Both the position numbers and the translations under genes were made by a program. Under the pieces are notes generated by a model, which made no database searches, had not been told where the DNA came from, and saw nothing but the letters and a program-made list of their open reading frames with translations. A DNA stretch of 64,000 nt. Source: Candidatus Levybacteria bacterium RIFCSPLOWO2_12_FULL_41_12 (GTDB taxonomy: Bacteria > Patescibacteriota > Microgenomatia > Levybacterales > UBA12049). Below are positions 37,901 to 45,213 of this stretch, in pieces (the stretch's first letter is position 1; every line of letters begins with the position of its first letter). The stretch is taken from contig MFPL01000007.1 of NCBI GenBank assembly GCA_001784155.1, positions 10,101 to 74,100 of the forward strand. The letters are read 5' to 3'.

Positions 37901-38271
37901 GACCATTCCAGACGCCTGCGCTAGCTCTTATATCTTCAGACAACAAACCGACAATAAATGATAACAAAATCTCGGTAACGCAAATAAACCCAACAAAATA
38001 TGAAGTAAGAGTAAATGCAAATAGTCCTTATATTCTTGTACTTAATAACAAATTTAACTCTAATTGGAAAACTTCGGATAAAGATGTGAATACCAAGCAT
38101 TTTATGGTAAATGGTTTTGCTAATGCTTGGAATATTTCCAAAACGGGCGAATACACGTTAATTGTCGAATATAGCTCGCAGAAGTATTTTTATTTCGGTT
38201 GGTTCATAACGATAGCATTTATGATAACAATGTTTACTTATCTAATCTATGCAATTTATAAACATAAATAG
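34897..38271 (+). CDS. Very large (1124 aa) polytopic membrane protein, GT-C/AftD-like, with a ~650 aa extracytoplasmic domain and a C-terminal TM anchor
   Basis: About 450 aa of TM helices at the N-terminus (GHDMGFP loop). Long hydrophilic region. Final helix FGWFITIAFMITMFTYLIYAIY. Paralogous N-terminal region to 38586..40505. Confidence 0.5.
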   Translation: MNFLRKHWEILIILFLGLTPLLWYKDPNSLALGHDMGFPIDPISFFKDRTFLWTDRVGLGWDQTLGSAAILIHGFEAAVASLGVPIFLVQKVVFIFWFVLPGLAMYYFVSTIHREKDQWFIRLAGSLFYMFNHFLLQAWFIAERTKISLFIALPILLALTISMIEGRISKIKGLALMSLVFFFFNGGGGLPLYGGLLLTLFTAFAFFGLIHLRRNPKTGVKRLTGIALGILASFILANFYWVLPLLVSVLSSYGQSLSSIGGISGVIAWSFEISKFASILNVMRLQGIPDWYDNPSHPFSGLFLNNPFLILVSFLIPVVVFSSLFLIKKIPEYRRHIIFFNILAVLGIIFTAGSHPPFGAIYNLFLTFIPGFAIFRTPFYKFAPAVWFAYAYLFAFSFYYLTQNFKRIRSALRFLVLPLILIYSFPFFTGSFFNWKEPFSTMTNLPSYVLDFSEYANSNFSFNDRVLTFPNQNLGWNSAIYKWGYWSTAPIESLLTNKSIVSNDRVMTDPEKKLTELIYDSILNRTDEWKKSVNILGINYFLLHNDFYYDAPKFETEDPRVYRERFLELGFEKKEVFGEWELYKIPGLSLKSKLYIDNDAIGIYNNENVLENQYFGIENVLDLPLDDDPFVINSPDTSDNLKTTIFLENCLFCDKEQKETPIFLPRTRILPGSILYPLVKRKENSQRNKLTKNINSKLDFHLGTTLKRLAEIKHLIDLGADENKTNGAVNELKKELILLQDSVNKMDKSRGDMRLLVLRIDNFLREENRILADISNDANASTGDKLIDVRSFISLATQENRKYESLYPENTEKRYHFTIDKKGGYEILVRKDEFKPDLVVEKAVVDNKGLPLKTFNKNSHYYSFGVNVFSKGFHEISLFLKNPDNLLSKGNDDDLNFDVNPLQPDCRVFRIEPLSSRIYILNFDYLTERSVGADNGPFVKIEQVLQDDVRDEDFQLKANSIFQTFDYKIATEKNVQLVKVSICASSGYENSSNIHIENLSLRPFQTPALALISSDNKPTINDNKISVTQINPTKYEVRVNANSPYILVLNNKFNSNWKTSDKDVNTKHFMVNGFANAWNISKTGEYTLIVEYSSQKYFYFGWFITIAFMITMFTYLIYAIYKHK

Positions 38272-38599
38272 GATAAAAGAATACTTTTATAAAAGACAAA
38301 ATAGAATTTTGGTAATTCTATCATTAAGCGTGCTATTTTTAGTAGTTAAGGAAATACCATTCTTAAATATTTTTTTTCCCGATAACGCTGCTTTTGGAGT
38401 TGCGCTCATTTCCATTTTAATTTTATTTAAACTTTATAAAAATACAATCTTCATCATTTTTTTAGCATTTTTCAGCTTTATTCTATATATAACAGAAGTA
38501 GTTAACCATGCAGATCAGCTAGCAGTTCTAATATTAGTATGTTTAACGGTGTATATGCTAGAAGAGGCTACAGTTTTTTTAAGAAATGAAATTTCCTAG
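38249..38599 (+). CDS. Small hydrophobic membrane protein (3-4 TM)
   Basis: 116 aa, mostly hydrophobic helices. Overlaps its neighbours by about 20 nt on each side. Could be a real small subunit or a spurious ORF. Confidence 0.35.
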   Translation: MQFININRIKEYFYKRQNRILVILSLSVLFLVVKEIPFLNIFFPDNAAFGVALISILILFKLYKNTIFIIFLAFFSFILYITEVVNHADQLAVLILVCLTVYMLEEATVFLRNEIS

Positions 38600-40505
38600 A
38601 AAATTAGAATATATACTTTTATTCTTTTTTGCTTTTCTCATTTACAGATTTTTCCTATCAACAGATCCTTTAGTTGCAAACGACTGGCCGCTTCTTTTTA
38701 GAGAGTCTAGAACCTTTTCGCCGTTCTGGGCGATGGCGTGGGACTATATGGGGAACGGCGGTATCGGCGGGCCGGCATTTAAAACAATCTGGATCGATCT
38801 TTACGCCAATTTTGTCTATTCGATAACAAACTTTACAAACATGCCCTGGTGGTTATCTCAAAGAGTTTTCTGGATAGTGCCTTTTATCTCTCTATCTCTT
38901 GCCTCTTCTTATGTGTTTGCCTCCTATCTCTTAAGAGACCGATTGCTTAAAATTGCTTCAGTTTTAATTTATAGCTTCAACACCTATATCCTCATGATTT
39001 TGGGTGGGGGACAATTTGGCGTAGCCTTTTCTTACGCATTGGCTCCTTTGGCTTTGTTTGCTTTTTTTAAACTTTTAGATAGACCAACGGTACTGAATGT
39101 TCTCGTTTCAGGACTGGCTTCAGGAATACTTATAGCTTTGGATCCAAGAGTTGCGTCTCTTATCTTTCTTGTCGGATTTTTCTGGTTCGTCTTTTTTGGC
39201 AGAAAATTTACCAAGGTAAAAATAAAAGCCGTTGTTTCGAGCCTTATAATAGTTGGCGCTTTAAACCTTTACTGGATTTTGCCAATCTTAATGTCGAAGG
39301 GGTCTTTATCGGGATTCTCAAATTACGCGTCATTAGCAGGGGTGAAGTTTCTTAGCTTTGCTACGCTTTCGGATAGCATTTCACTTCTTCACCCTAACTG
39401 GCCTGAAAACATTTTTGGTAAAATATATTTTTTTAAGCCTGAATTTCTGATTCTACCGATTCTTGCCTTTGCCACCCTTCTTTTAAAACCTAAGAAGGAA
39501 ATACTTTTTTTTCTCGGACTATCCATCTTCTCCGTTTTTTTAGCAAAAGGAGCAAGTGATCCCTTTGGCCAAGCTTACCTATTCCTTTTCGATAACGTTC
39601 CCGGCTTTAGTCTATTTAGAGACTCGACTAAATTCTATGTTTTAACTGCGCTTTCCTTCAGCATTTTAATTCCTTATTTCATTGAGAACTTACCTTCCAG
39701 GTTTAAGCATTTGACTGCAGGAGTCTTTATAGTTCTTTTTTTGTTCATTCTAAGGCCTGCATGGAGTGGAGAGCTTACCGGTATTTTTAGGCCTCAACCA
39801 ATACCCACGGATTATCTTCTTTTAAAAACCGAGCTAAGTCAGGATAAAGATTTTTACAGAATTATGTGGCTTCCCCAAAGACAGAAGTATGGATACTTCG
39901 ATCCCAATCATCCTACAATATCCGCGCAGGATTTTTTCAAAACAACCAATCATTCTCAAATTCTTAAGAATTTGAGAATGAAGGATGTACAAAAATTACT
40001 TGAAGAATCTTCGGTCAAATACATTATTGTTCCTACGGATTCAAACGGAGAGATTTTTCTTAAGGATAGAAAATACGATCCGCTGCAATATAAGAAAACC
40101 GTTGATTTTTTAGATAAAATGGTCTGGTTTAAGAGGGCTCAGGGATTTGGTAATTTAGCAGTTTATCAAACGAGAGGCTACAGAGGTCACTTCTTTATTC
40201 CATCCGGCGGAGAAGTACAGGGGAAATTCATAAATCCTACGGAATATAGCATCAGAACCGATACCTTACAGCCGGGAGATTTAGTTGTTTTCTCGGAAGC
40301 CTATGACCAGGGGTGGAAAATGGGCGGGGTTACTGCCACGCCTTACAAATCAAGACTTAACAGTTTTTTTGTGCAAGATATTGAAGATATTAAAGTATTC
40401 TATAGCCCGCAGTTATGGGTGGGGAGGGGGCTTCTTTTAAGCTTTGCTACGGCAGTTGGTGTTGTTAGCCTCATGGTATTTGGTAGATTACGCCGAAAAT
40501 GGTAA
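38586..40505 (+). CDS. Polytopic membrane protein, GT-C-like. Paralog of the N-terminal half of 34897..38271
   Basis: Aligned motifs with the neighbouring giant protein (ILANFYWVLPLL vs ALNLYWILPIL; GIPDWYDNPSHPF vs LLHPNWPENIF). C-terminal TM anchor. Confidence 0.5.
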   Translation: MKFPRKLEYILLFFFAFLIYRFFLSTDPLVANDWPLLFRESRTFSPFWAMAWDYMGNGGIGGPAFKTIWIDLYANFVYSITNFTNMPWWLSQRVFWIVPFISLSLASSYVFASYLLRDRLLKIASVLIYSFNTYILMILGGGQFGVAFSYALAPLALFAFFKLLDRPTVLNVLVSGLASGILIALDPRVASLIFLVGFFWFVFFGRKFTKVKIKAVVSSLIIVGALNLYWILPILMSKGSLSGFSNYASLAGVKFLSFATLSDSISLLHPNWPENIFGKIYFFKPEFLILPILAFATLLLKPKKEILFFLGLSIFSVFLAKGASDPFGQAYLFLFDNVPGFSLFRDSTKFYVLTALSFSILIPYFIENLPSRFKHLTAGVFIVLFLFILRPAWSGELTGIFRPQPIPTDYLLLKTELSQDKDFYRIMWLPQRQKYGYFDPNHPTISAQDFFKTTNHSQILKNLRMKDVQKLLEESSVKYIIVPTDSNGEIFLKDRKYDPLQYKKTVDFLDKMVWFKRAQGFGNLAVYQTRGYRGHFFIPSGGEVQGKFINPTEYSIRTDTLQPGDLVVFSEAYDQGWKMGGVTATPYKSRLNSFFVQDIEDIKVFYSPQLWVGRGLLLSFATAVGVVSLMVFGRLRRKW

Positions 40506-40514
40506 AATTGCCCT

Positions 40515-41432
40515 ATGCTAAGCGTAGTTGTTCCCGTATATAACGAGGAAGAAGGAATAAAGGCATTTTTTAAGGAATTAAAAAAGTTCTTACCTCAGGA
40601 TTATGAAGTGATTTTTGTGGACGATGGATCCACAGACAAAACCCTCTCTCTTGTTAAAGAAATCGGCAGTAAAAATAAAAATATTCGATACTTTTCCCTC
40701 AGAAGGCACCAGGGTAAGGCCGAGGCATTAACAATTGGTTTTCAAAAATCCAAAGGCGACTTTGTATTAACGATTGATGCGGATCTTCAGGATAGGCCCG
40801 ATCAGATAGGGAAGCTTCAGAAGAAGATTAATGAGGAGTGGGATATGGTATCGGGCTGGAGGAATGAAAGAAAAGATTCCCCGTACAAAAAGCTCACCTC
40901 AAAACTCTTTAATCTTATGGCGAGTGCATTCTGGGGACTTAAGCTAAATGACCTTAACTGTGGTTTGAAGTTATATCGAAAGGGTGCTGCGAAGTCTTTA
41001 AATCTTTACGGGGGACTTCACAGATTTATTCCAATACTTCTTCACCAGGAGGGATTTAGAGTCACTGAAGTTCCGGTAGTTCATGATGTGCGTAAATTTG
41101 GGAAATCGAAGTACACATTCATGAAGGTTTTTACGGACATTCCCGATATGTTTACGATGTTATTCCTCTCAAAATATAGCAATAGACCCCTTCACTTCTT
41201 TTGGCTTATAGGTCTTATATTTGGACTCTTAGGGTTTTTAATTCTATTCTATCTCTCGATCATTTGGCTTCAAGGCGAATCCATTGGTCGAAGACCGCTT
41301 CTTATCTTCGGCGTTCTTTTTACTTTGGCAGGTATTCAGGTTTTTTTCACGGGGTTTCTGGCTGACCTTTTTATATCCGGCACAAAAAGCAATAAAAGCG
41401 AAGAAGTCATGGTTAAAGAGCAAAGCGACTAA
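40515..41432 (+). CDS. GT2 polyprenyl-phosphate glycosyltransferase (DPM1/GtrB/ArnC-like) with C-terminal TM helices
   Basis: LSVVVPVYNEEEGI....VDDGSTDKT...IDADLQDRPDQ. Two C-terminal helices (FWLIGLIFGLLGFLILFYLSII... FGVLFTLAGIQVFFTGFLADLF). Confidence 0.8.
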   Translation: MLSVVVPVYNEEEGIKAFFKELKKFLPQDYEVIFVDDGSTDKTLSLVKEIGSKNKNIRYFSLRRHQGKAEALTIGFQKSKGDFVLTIDADLQDRPDQIGKLQKKINEEWDMVSGWRNERKDSPYKKLTSKLFNLMASAFWGLKLNDLNCGLKLYRKGAAKSLNLYGGLHRFIPILLHQEGFRVTEVPVVHDVRKFGKSKYTFMKVFTDIPDMFTMLFLSKYSNRPLHFFWLIGLIFGLLGFLILFYLSIIWLQGESIGRRPLLIFGVLFTLAGIQVFFTGFLADLFISGTKSNKSEEVMVKEQSD

Positions 41433-41438
41433 TTTTAA

Positions 41439-41660
41439 ATGAAGCCTCAAGACATATTATTTTTACTGGTTTTGCTACCCTTATTATATAAAAGAGATCC
41501 AATGTGGTTTGCTCTGGCGGGAATTTTTTGTCTGGTACTCTCAGCCCCCTTATTCTCTCAGTGGATTTTCTTCACCGCCCAGCGCCTCGTCATCTACGCT
41601 TTTTTGTTCTTCTTGCTGTCCCTTCTATTACATATCAAAAACCTGCATAATAAACAGTAG
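41439..41660 (+). CDS. Small 2-TM membrane protein (possibly GtrA-like companion of the upstream GtrB-like GT2)
   Basis: 73 aa, two hydrophobic helices. Sits right after the polyprenyl-P GT, as gtrA does in gtrAB(C) cassettes, but is shorter than GtrA. Confidence 0.3.
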   Translation: MKPQDILFLLVLLPLLYKRDPMWFALAGIFCLVLSAPLFSQWIFFTAQRLVIYAFLFFLLSLLLHIKNLHNKQ

Positions 41661-41662
41661 GT

Positions 41663-42187
41663 ATGAAAATCGGGATTGATATAAGCCAGCTGGCTTTTGA
41701 AAGAACTGGTGTTGCAAACTATCTGAAGAAGTTAGTAGAAAGTCTGGCTTTGGTTGATAAGAAAAATGACTACATTCTCTTTTACTCTTCCCTGAGAAGG
41801 CCTGTGCCTGTGCTAGATATAAAAAACCCCAACTTTAAAATAAAAGCTTTTAAATTCCCTCCGACTTTTCTTGAGAGACTCTGGAATAAGTTCCACCTTT
41901 TTCCGATCGAAAACTTCATAGGAGACGTGGATGTTTTTATCACTTCAGATTGGGTAGAACCGCCTGCCAAGAATGCTAAAAAAGTAACAATACTCTATGA
42001 CTTAATTGCGTATAAATATCCCGCAGAGACTCATCCAAGAATTGTCGAGGTTCAAAAAAGAAAAATAAGCTGGGCAAAAAACGAAACCGATAAATTTTTT
42101 GCAATATCGCAGTCAGCAAAAAGTGATGCCATCGATATTTTGGGAATAGATAAATCAAAAATCGAAGTAATATACCCTGGAATTTAA
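41663..42187 (+). pseudogene. GT4 glycosyltransferase N-terminal-domain fragment (174 aa, ends at the inter-domain YPGI)
   Basis: MKIGIDISQLAFERTGVANYLKKL resembles the N-termini of the full GT4s at 53231 and 42621. The ORF stops exactly at the YPG hinge where the C-terminal Rossmann domain should begin. The next gene is a four-helix-bundle protein. Confidence 0.5.
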
Positions 42188-42220
42188 TTAGTATTCAGTA
42201 CCAGGTATTAAGTAGTAAGT

Positions 42221-42595
42221 ATGGAGGACAGTAAAATTAGAACATTTAAGGATTTGATTACCTGGCAGGAGGCACACAAACTCGCTTTACTTGTTTATTC
42301 AATGACAAATAACTTTCCAAGAAGCGAAGCCTACTCTCTTGTTGACCAGATGAGAAGGTGCGTAATTTCTATTTCAAGTAATATTGCAGAAGGATTTTCT
42401 AGAAATTCCCAAAAAGAGAAAAGACAGTTTTATTATATGGCACTTGGCTCATTGACTGAGCTTCAAAACCAATTACTTCTCTCAAAAGACTTAAAATATC
42501 TTAACAAAGAAAAGTTCTCAGAGATTGATGAACAAACAACTACAGTTCATAAATTAATTAATGGACTTATAAAAAGTTCGAAAAATTATACTTAA
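42221..42595 (+). CDS. Four-helix-bundle protein ('23S rRNA intervening-sequence protein' family)
   Basis: TWQEAHKLALLVY..T..FP..E.YSLVDQMRR...SI.SNIAEGFSR.S.KE...FY..ALGS..EL..QL. Confidence 0.8.
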   Translation: MEDSKIRTFKDLITWQEAHKLALLVYSMTNNFPRSEAYSLVDQMRRCVISISSNIAEGFSRNSQKEKRQFYYMALGSLTELQNQLLLSKDLKYLNKEKFSEIDEQTTTVHKLINGLIKSSKNYT

Positions 42596-42620
42596 TACAT
42601 AATTCTTTATACATAATACT

Positions 42621-43745
42621 ATGGTAATTGGAATAAATGGATACGAAGCAGTAGTTCCGCGTTTCGGCTACGATAAAGAGGGATTACCCAGTAGGGTGGG
42701 AAGCGGCGAGTTTTCATTCAGGCTGATTTCGGAATTTTCAAAAGATACAAATAACAAATATATAATTTATCTTCCCAAGGCTCCAACCTCAGATATGCCT
42801 CAAGAGACCGAAAATTTCAGATATTCTGTTTTTACGACAAAGAAATTGTGGACAATGACAGGTCTTTCCAAAAGGCTTTATGCTGATAAAGAAAAGATTG
42901 ATGTTTTTCTCTCTCCTACACATTATCTTCCACTATTCGTTCCCTGCCCTTCCGTCGTTTCAATTCTTGACGTATCTTATCTTCATTTTCCAAAACTTTT
43001 TAAAAAGAAAGATCTCTACCAGCTGAAAATTTGGGGAGGGTACTCCATAAGAAAATCAAGCGCTGTTATTACCATAAGTGAGTCATCGAGGAGTGATATA
43101 ATCAGAGCATATGGTCTAAGTCCGAACAAGGTAACAGTGGCTTACCCCGGTTTAGTTGAGAGAGAAAAAGAAGATAAACCTATGGATGAATTAGATAAAA
43201 AATACGGAGTTAAGGGAAAATATATTCTTTTTGTTGGGACTCTTCAGCCCAGGAAGAATATAAAAAGGCTAATCGAGGCATTCTCAAAGCTTAAAGATAA
43301 AGACGTTGACTTAGTTGTCGTAGGTAAAAAGGGATGGATGTATGATGAAATAATAAATTCCCCCTCTGAGTTTGGAGTTGGGAATAGAGTGAAATTCTTA
43401 GACTCGGTAGAAGATGAAGACTTGTCCACATTCTACAAAAACGCAATCTTCTTCATTTTGCCCAGTCTTTATGAAGGATTTGGCTTGCCTGTTCTTGAAG
43501 CTATGGAATATGGGTGTCCTGTTATCACTAGTAATGTTTCAAGCCTGCCCGAGGCAGGGGGAGACGCAGTTTTATATGTGAATCCCGAAGACGTCAAGGA
43601 TATTACGGAAAAAATGCAAAAGCTCCTGCAAGATGATAGTCTTAGGAAGGAGCTTGTGGCCAAAGGGCGTGAACAGGTGAAAAAGTTTTCCTGGAAGAAA
43701 ACGGCAGAGCAGACTATTAAGGTGCTTGAAGGATTAAATAAATGA
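42621..43745 (+). CDS. GT4 (GT-B) glycosyltransferase
   Basis: C-terminal EGFGLPVLEAMEYGCPVITSNVSSLPE. KVTVAYPG hinge. 374 aa. Confidence 0.8.
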   Translation: MVIGINGYEAVVPRFGYDKEGLPSRVGSGEFSFRLISEFSKDTNNKYIIYLPKAPTSDMPQETENFRYSVFTTKKLWTMTGLSKRLYADKEKIDVFLSPTHYLPLFVPCPSVVSILDVSYLHFPKLFKKKDLYQLKIWGGYSIRKSSAVITISESSRSDIIRAYGLSPNKVTVAYPGLVEREKEDKPMDELDKKYGVKGKYILFVGTLQPRKNIKRLIEAFSKLKDKDVDLVVVGKKGWMYDEIINSPSEFGVGNRVKFLDSVEDEDLSTFYKNAIFFILPSLYEGFGLPVLEAMEYGCPVITSNVSSLPEAGGDAVLYVNPEDVKDITEKMQKLLQDDSLRKELVAKGREQVKKFSWKKTAEQTIKVLEGLNK

Positions 43746-44332
43746 AAGACAGAACCGGAAAAGAACTATCGGGCAGTGAAGTAGCGAGAAAAACAGGAAG
43801 TAGGATTAAAAGCATTTTCTTGGAGTTTGATATTTTTTTGCTTCACCTCTTAGGCTATTTTCCAAGCCACCACGTCAGGAGATTCTTCTACAGAATTGGA
43901 GGGGTAAAAATCGGCAAAGGGTCCTCTCTTCATATGGGAATTAGATTTTATAATCCAAAGAACATAACAATAGGAGAAGATACCATAATTGGTGAAAATT
44001 CCGTGCTTGATGGTCGGGATGTTTTGAAAATAGGAAATCACGTAGATGTTGCAACAGATGTAATGATTTTCAATGCAGAGCATGATGTATTGGATCCTAA
44101 CTTTAGTGCGGTGAGAGCGCCTGTGAGAATAGGTGATTACGCTTTTATCGGTCCTAGGGCAATTATCCTACCGGGTGTTAATATAGGAAAAGGAGCGGTG
44201 GTTGGAGCCGGAGCAGTGGTAACAAAAAACGTAGAAGAATTCATGATAGTTGGTGGTGTTCCTGCGAAACCCATTAAAGAAAGACCAAAAAATCAAGCTT
44301 ATAAATTAGGCCGCGCAGCGTGGTTTCGCTAA
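43742..44332 (+). CDS. Left-handed beta-helix (hexapeptide-repeat) sugar O-acetyltransferase
   Basis: Repeated [LIV]G..... hexapeptides: IGENSVLDGRDVLKIGNHVDVATDVMIF...IGDYAFIGPRAIILPGVNIGKGAVVGAGAVV. Confidence 0.75.
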   Translation: MKDRTGKELSGSEVARKTGSRIKSIFLEFDIFLLHLLGYFPSHHVRRFFYRIGGVKIGKGSSLHMGIRFYNPKNITIGEDTIIGENSVLDGRDVLKIGNHVDVATDVMIFNAEHDVLDPNFSAVRAPVRIGDYAFIGPRAIILPGVNIGKGAVVGAGAVVTKNVEEFMIVGGVPAKPIKERPKNQAYKLGRAAWFR

Positions 44333-44338
44333 TCTTCT

Positions 44339-45208
44339 ATGACTTTGTCCATAGTAATACTAAGCTACAATACTCACGACCTTACCATCGCATGTATTAG
44401 ATCTCTCCTATCTGTATTTGAGGATGAACTTAAGCGGGAAGAAATAGAAATAATAGTGGTCGATAACGCTTCATCAGATGGTTCATTGGAAGCCATATCG
44501 AAATATATTTCAGATAAAAAAGGACTGCGTCTTATAGGAAGCAGAGAGAATCTAGGGTTTGGAAAAGGAAATAATTTGGGAGCAAGTCAAGCACGGGGCG
44601 AAACCCTAATCTTCCTCAACTCAGACACGGAAGTTCTGGATAAGGGGTTTCTTGAGATGGCTGATTTCCTGACAAAAAATCAAAATATTGGAATCTTGGG
44701 GCCAAAGCTTATCAATTTTGACGGTACAATCCAACCATCGGCCGCTAATTTTTATGGGCTCCCAAACCTTTTAATTATGCTTTTAGGTCTAGAAAAAAGA
44801 AAGTCTCCCGAAGGAATAGAGAAGGTTGATTGGATAACGGGAGCTGCTACGATGGTTCGGAAAGAAGTGTTCGAAGAGATTGGCATGTTTGATAAAAACA
44901 TTTTTATGTATATGGAAGATCATGAGCTTTGCTTTAGAGCCAAGAAGAAGGGATTTGCAACATACTTTTTTCCGGGAGCAATTGTCAGACACAAAAGCGT
45001 CGGAAGCAGCAACAAAGCCTTCGCAATAGTAAGTATCTATAAAAATATTTTGTATTTCTATAAAAAGCATATGCCGCACTGGCAATATAGGGTTGCCAGA
45101 TTTTTGTTACTGACTAAGGCGTTGCTCATTGTCTATCTAGGCAAAATCATTAGAAACAGATATTATGTTAATACCTACAGAGAAGCTATGAGAGCCTTGA
45201 GTAGCTAA
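44339..45208 (+). CDS. GT2 (GT-A) glycosyltransferase (rhamnosyltransferase-like)
   Basis: LSIVILSYNTHDLT..CI.SL......IVVDNASSDGS...FLNSDT. Paralog of 51037..51948. Confidence 0.8.
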   Translation: MTLSIVILSYNTHDLTIACIRSLLSVFEDELKREEIEIIVVDNASSDGSLEAISKYISDKKGLRLIGSRENLGFGKGNNLGASQARGETLIFLNSDTEVLDKGFLEMADFLTKNQNIGILGPKLINFDGTIQPSAANFYGLPNLLIMLLGLEKRKSPEGIEKVDWITGAATMVRKEVFEEIGMFDKNIFMYMEDHELCFRAKKKGFATYFFPGAIVRHKSVGSSNKAFAIVSIYKNILYFYKKHMPHWQYRVARFLLLTKALLIVYLGKIIRNRYYVNTYREAMRALSS

Positions 45209-45213
45209 AATTT

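Noticed and set aside
42596-42620. Direct 8-bp repeat tacataat...tacataat upstream of the GT4 at 42621.
   Set aside because: Too short to be meaningful in AT-rich DNA. It is plausibly just a -10-like element (cataat). There is no evidence for a target-site duplication.
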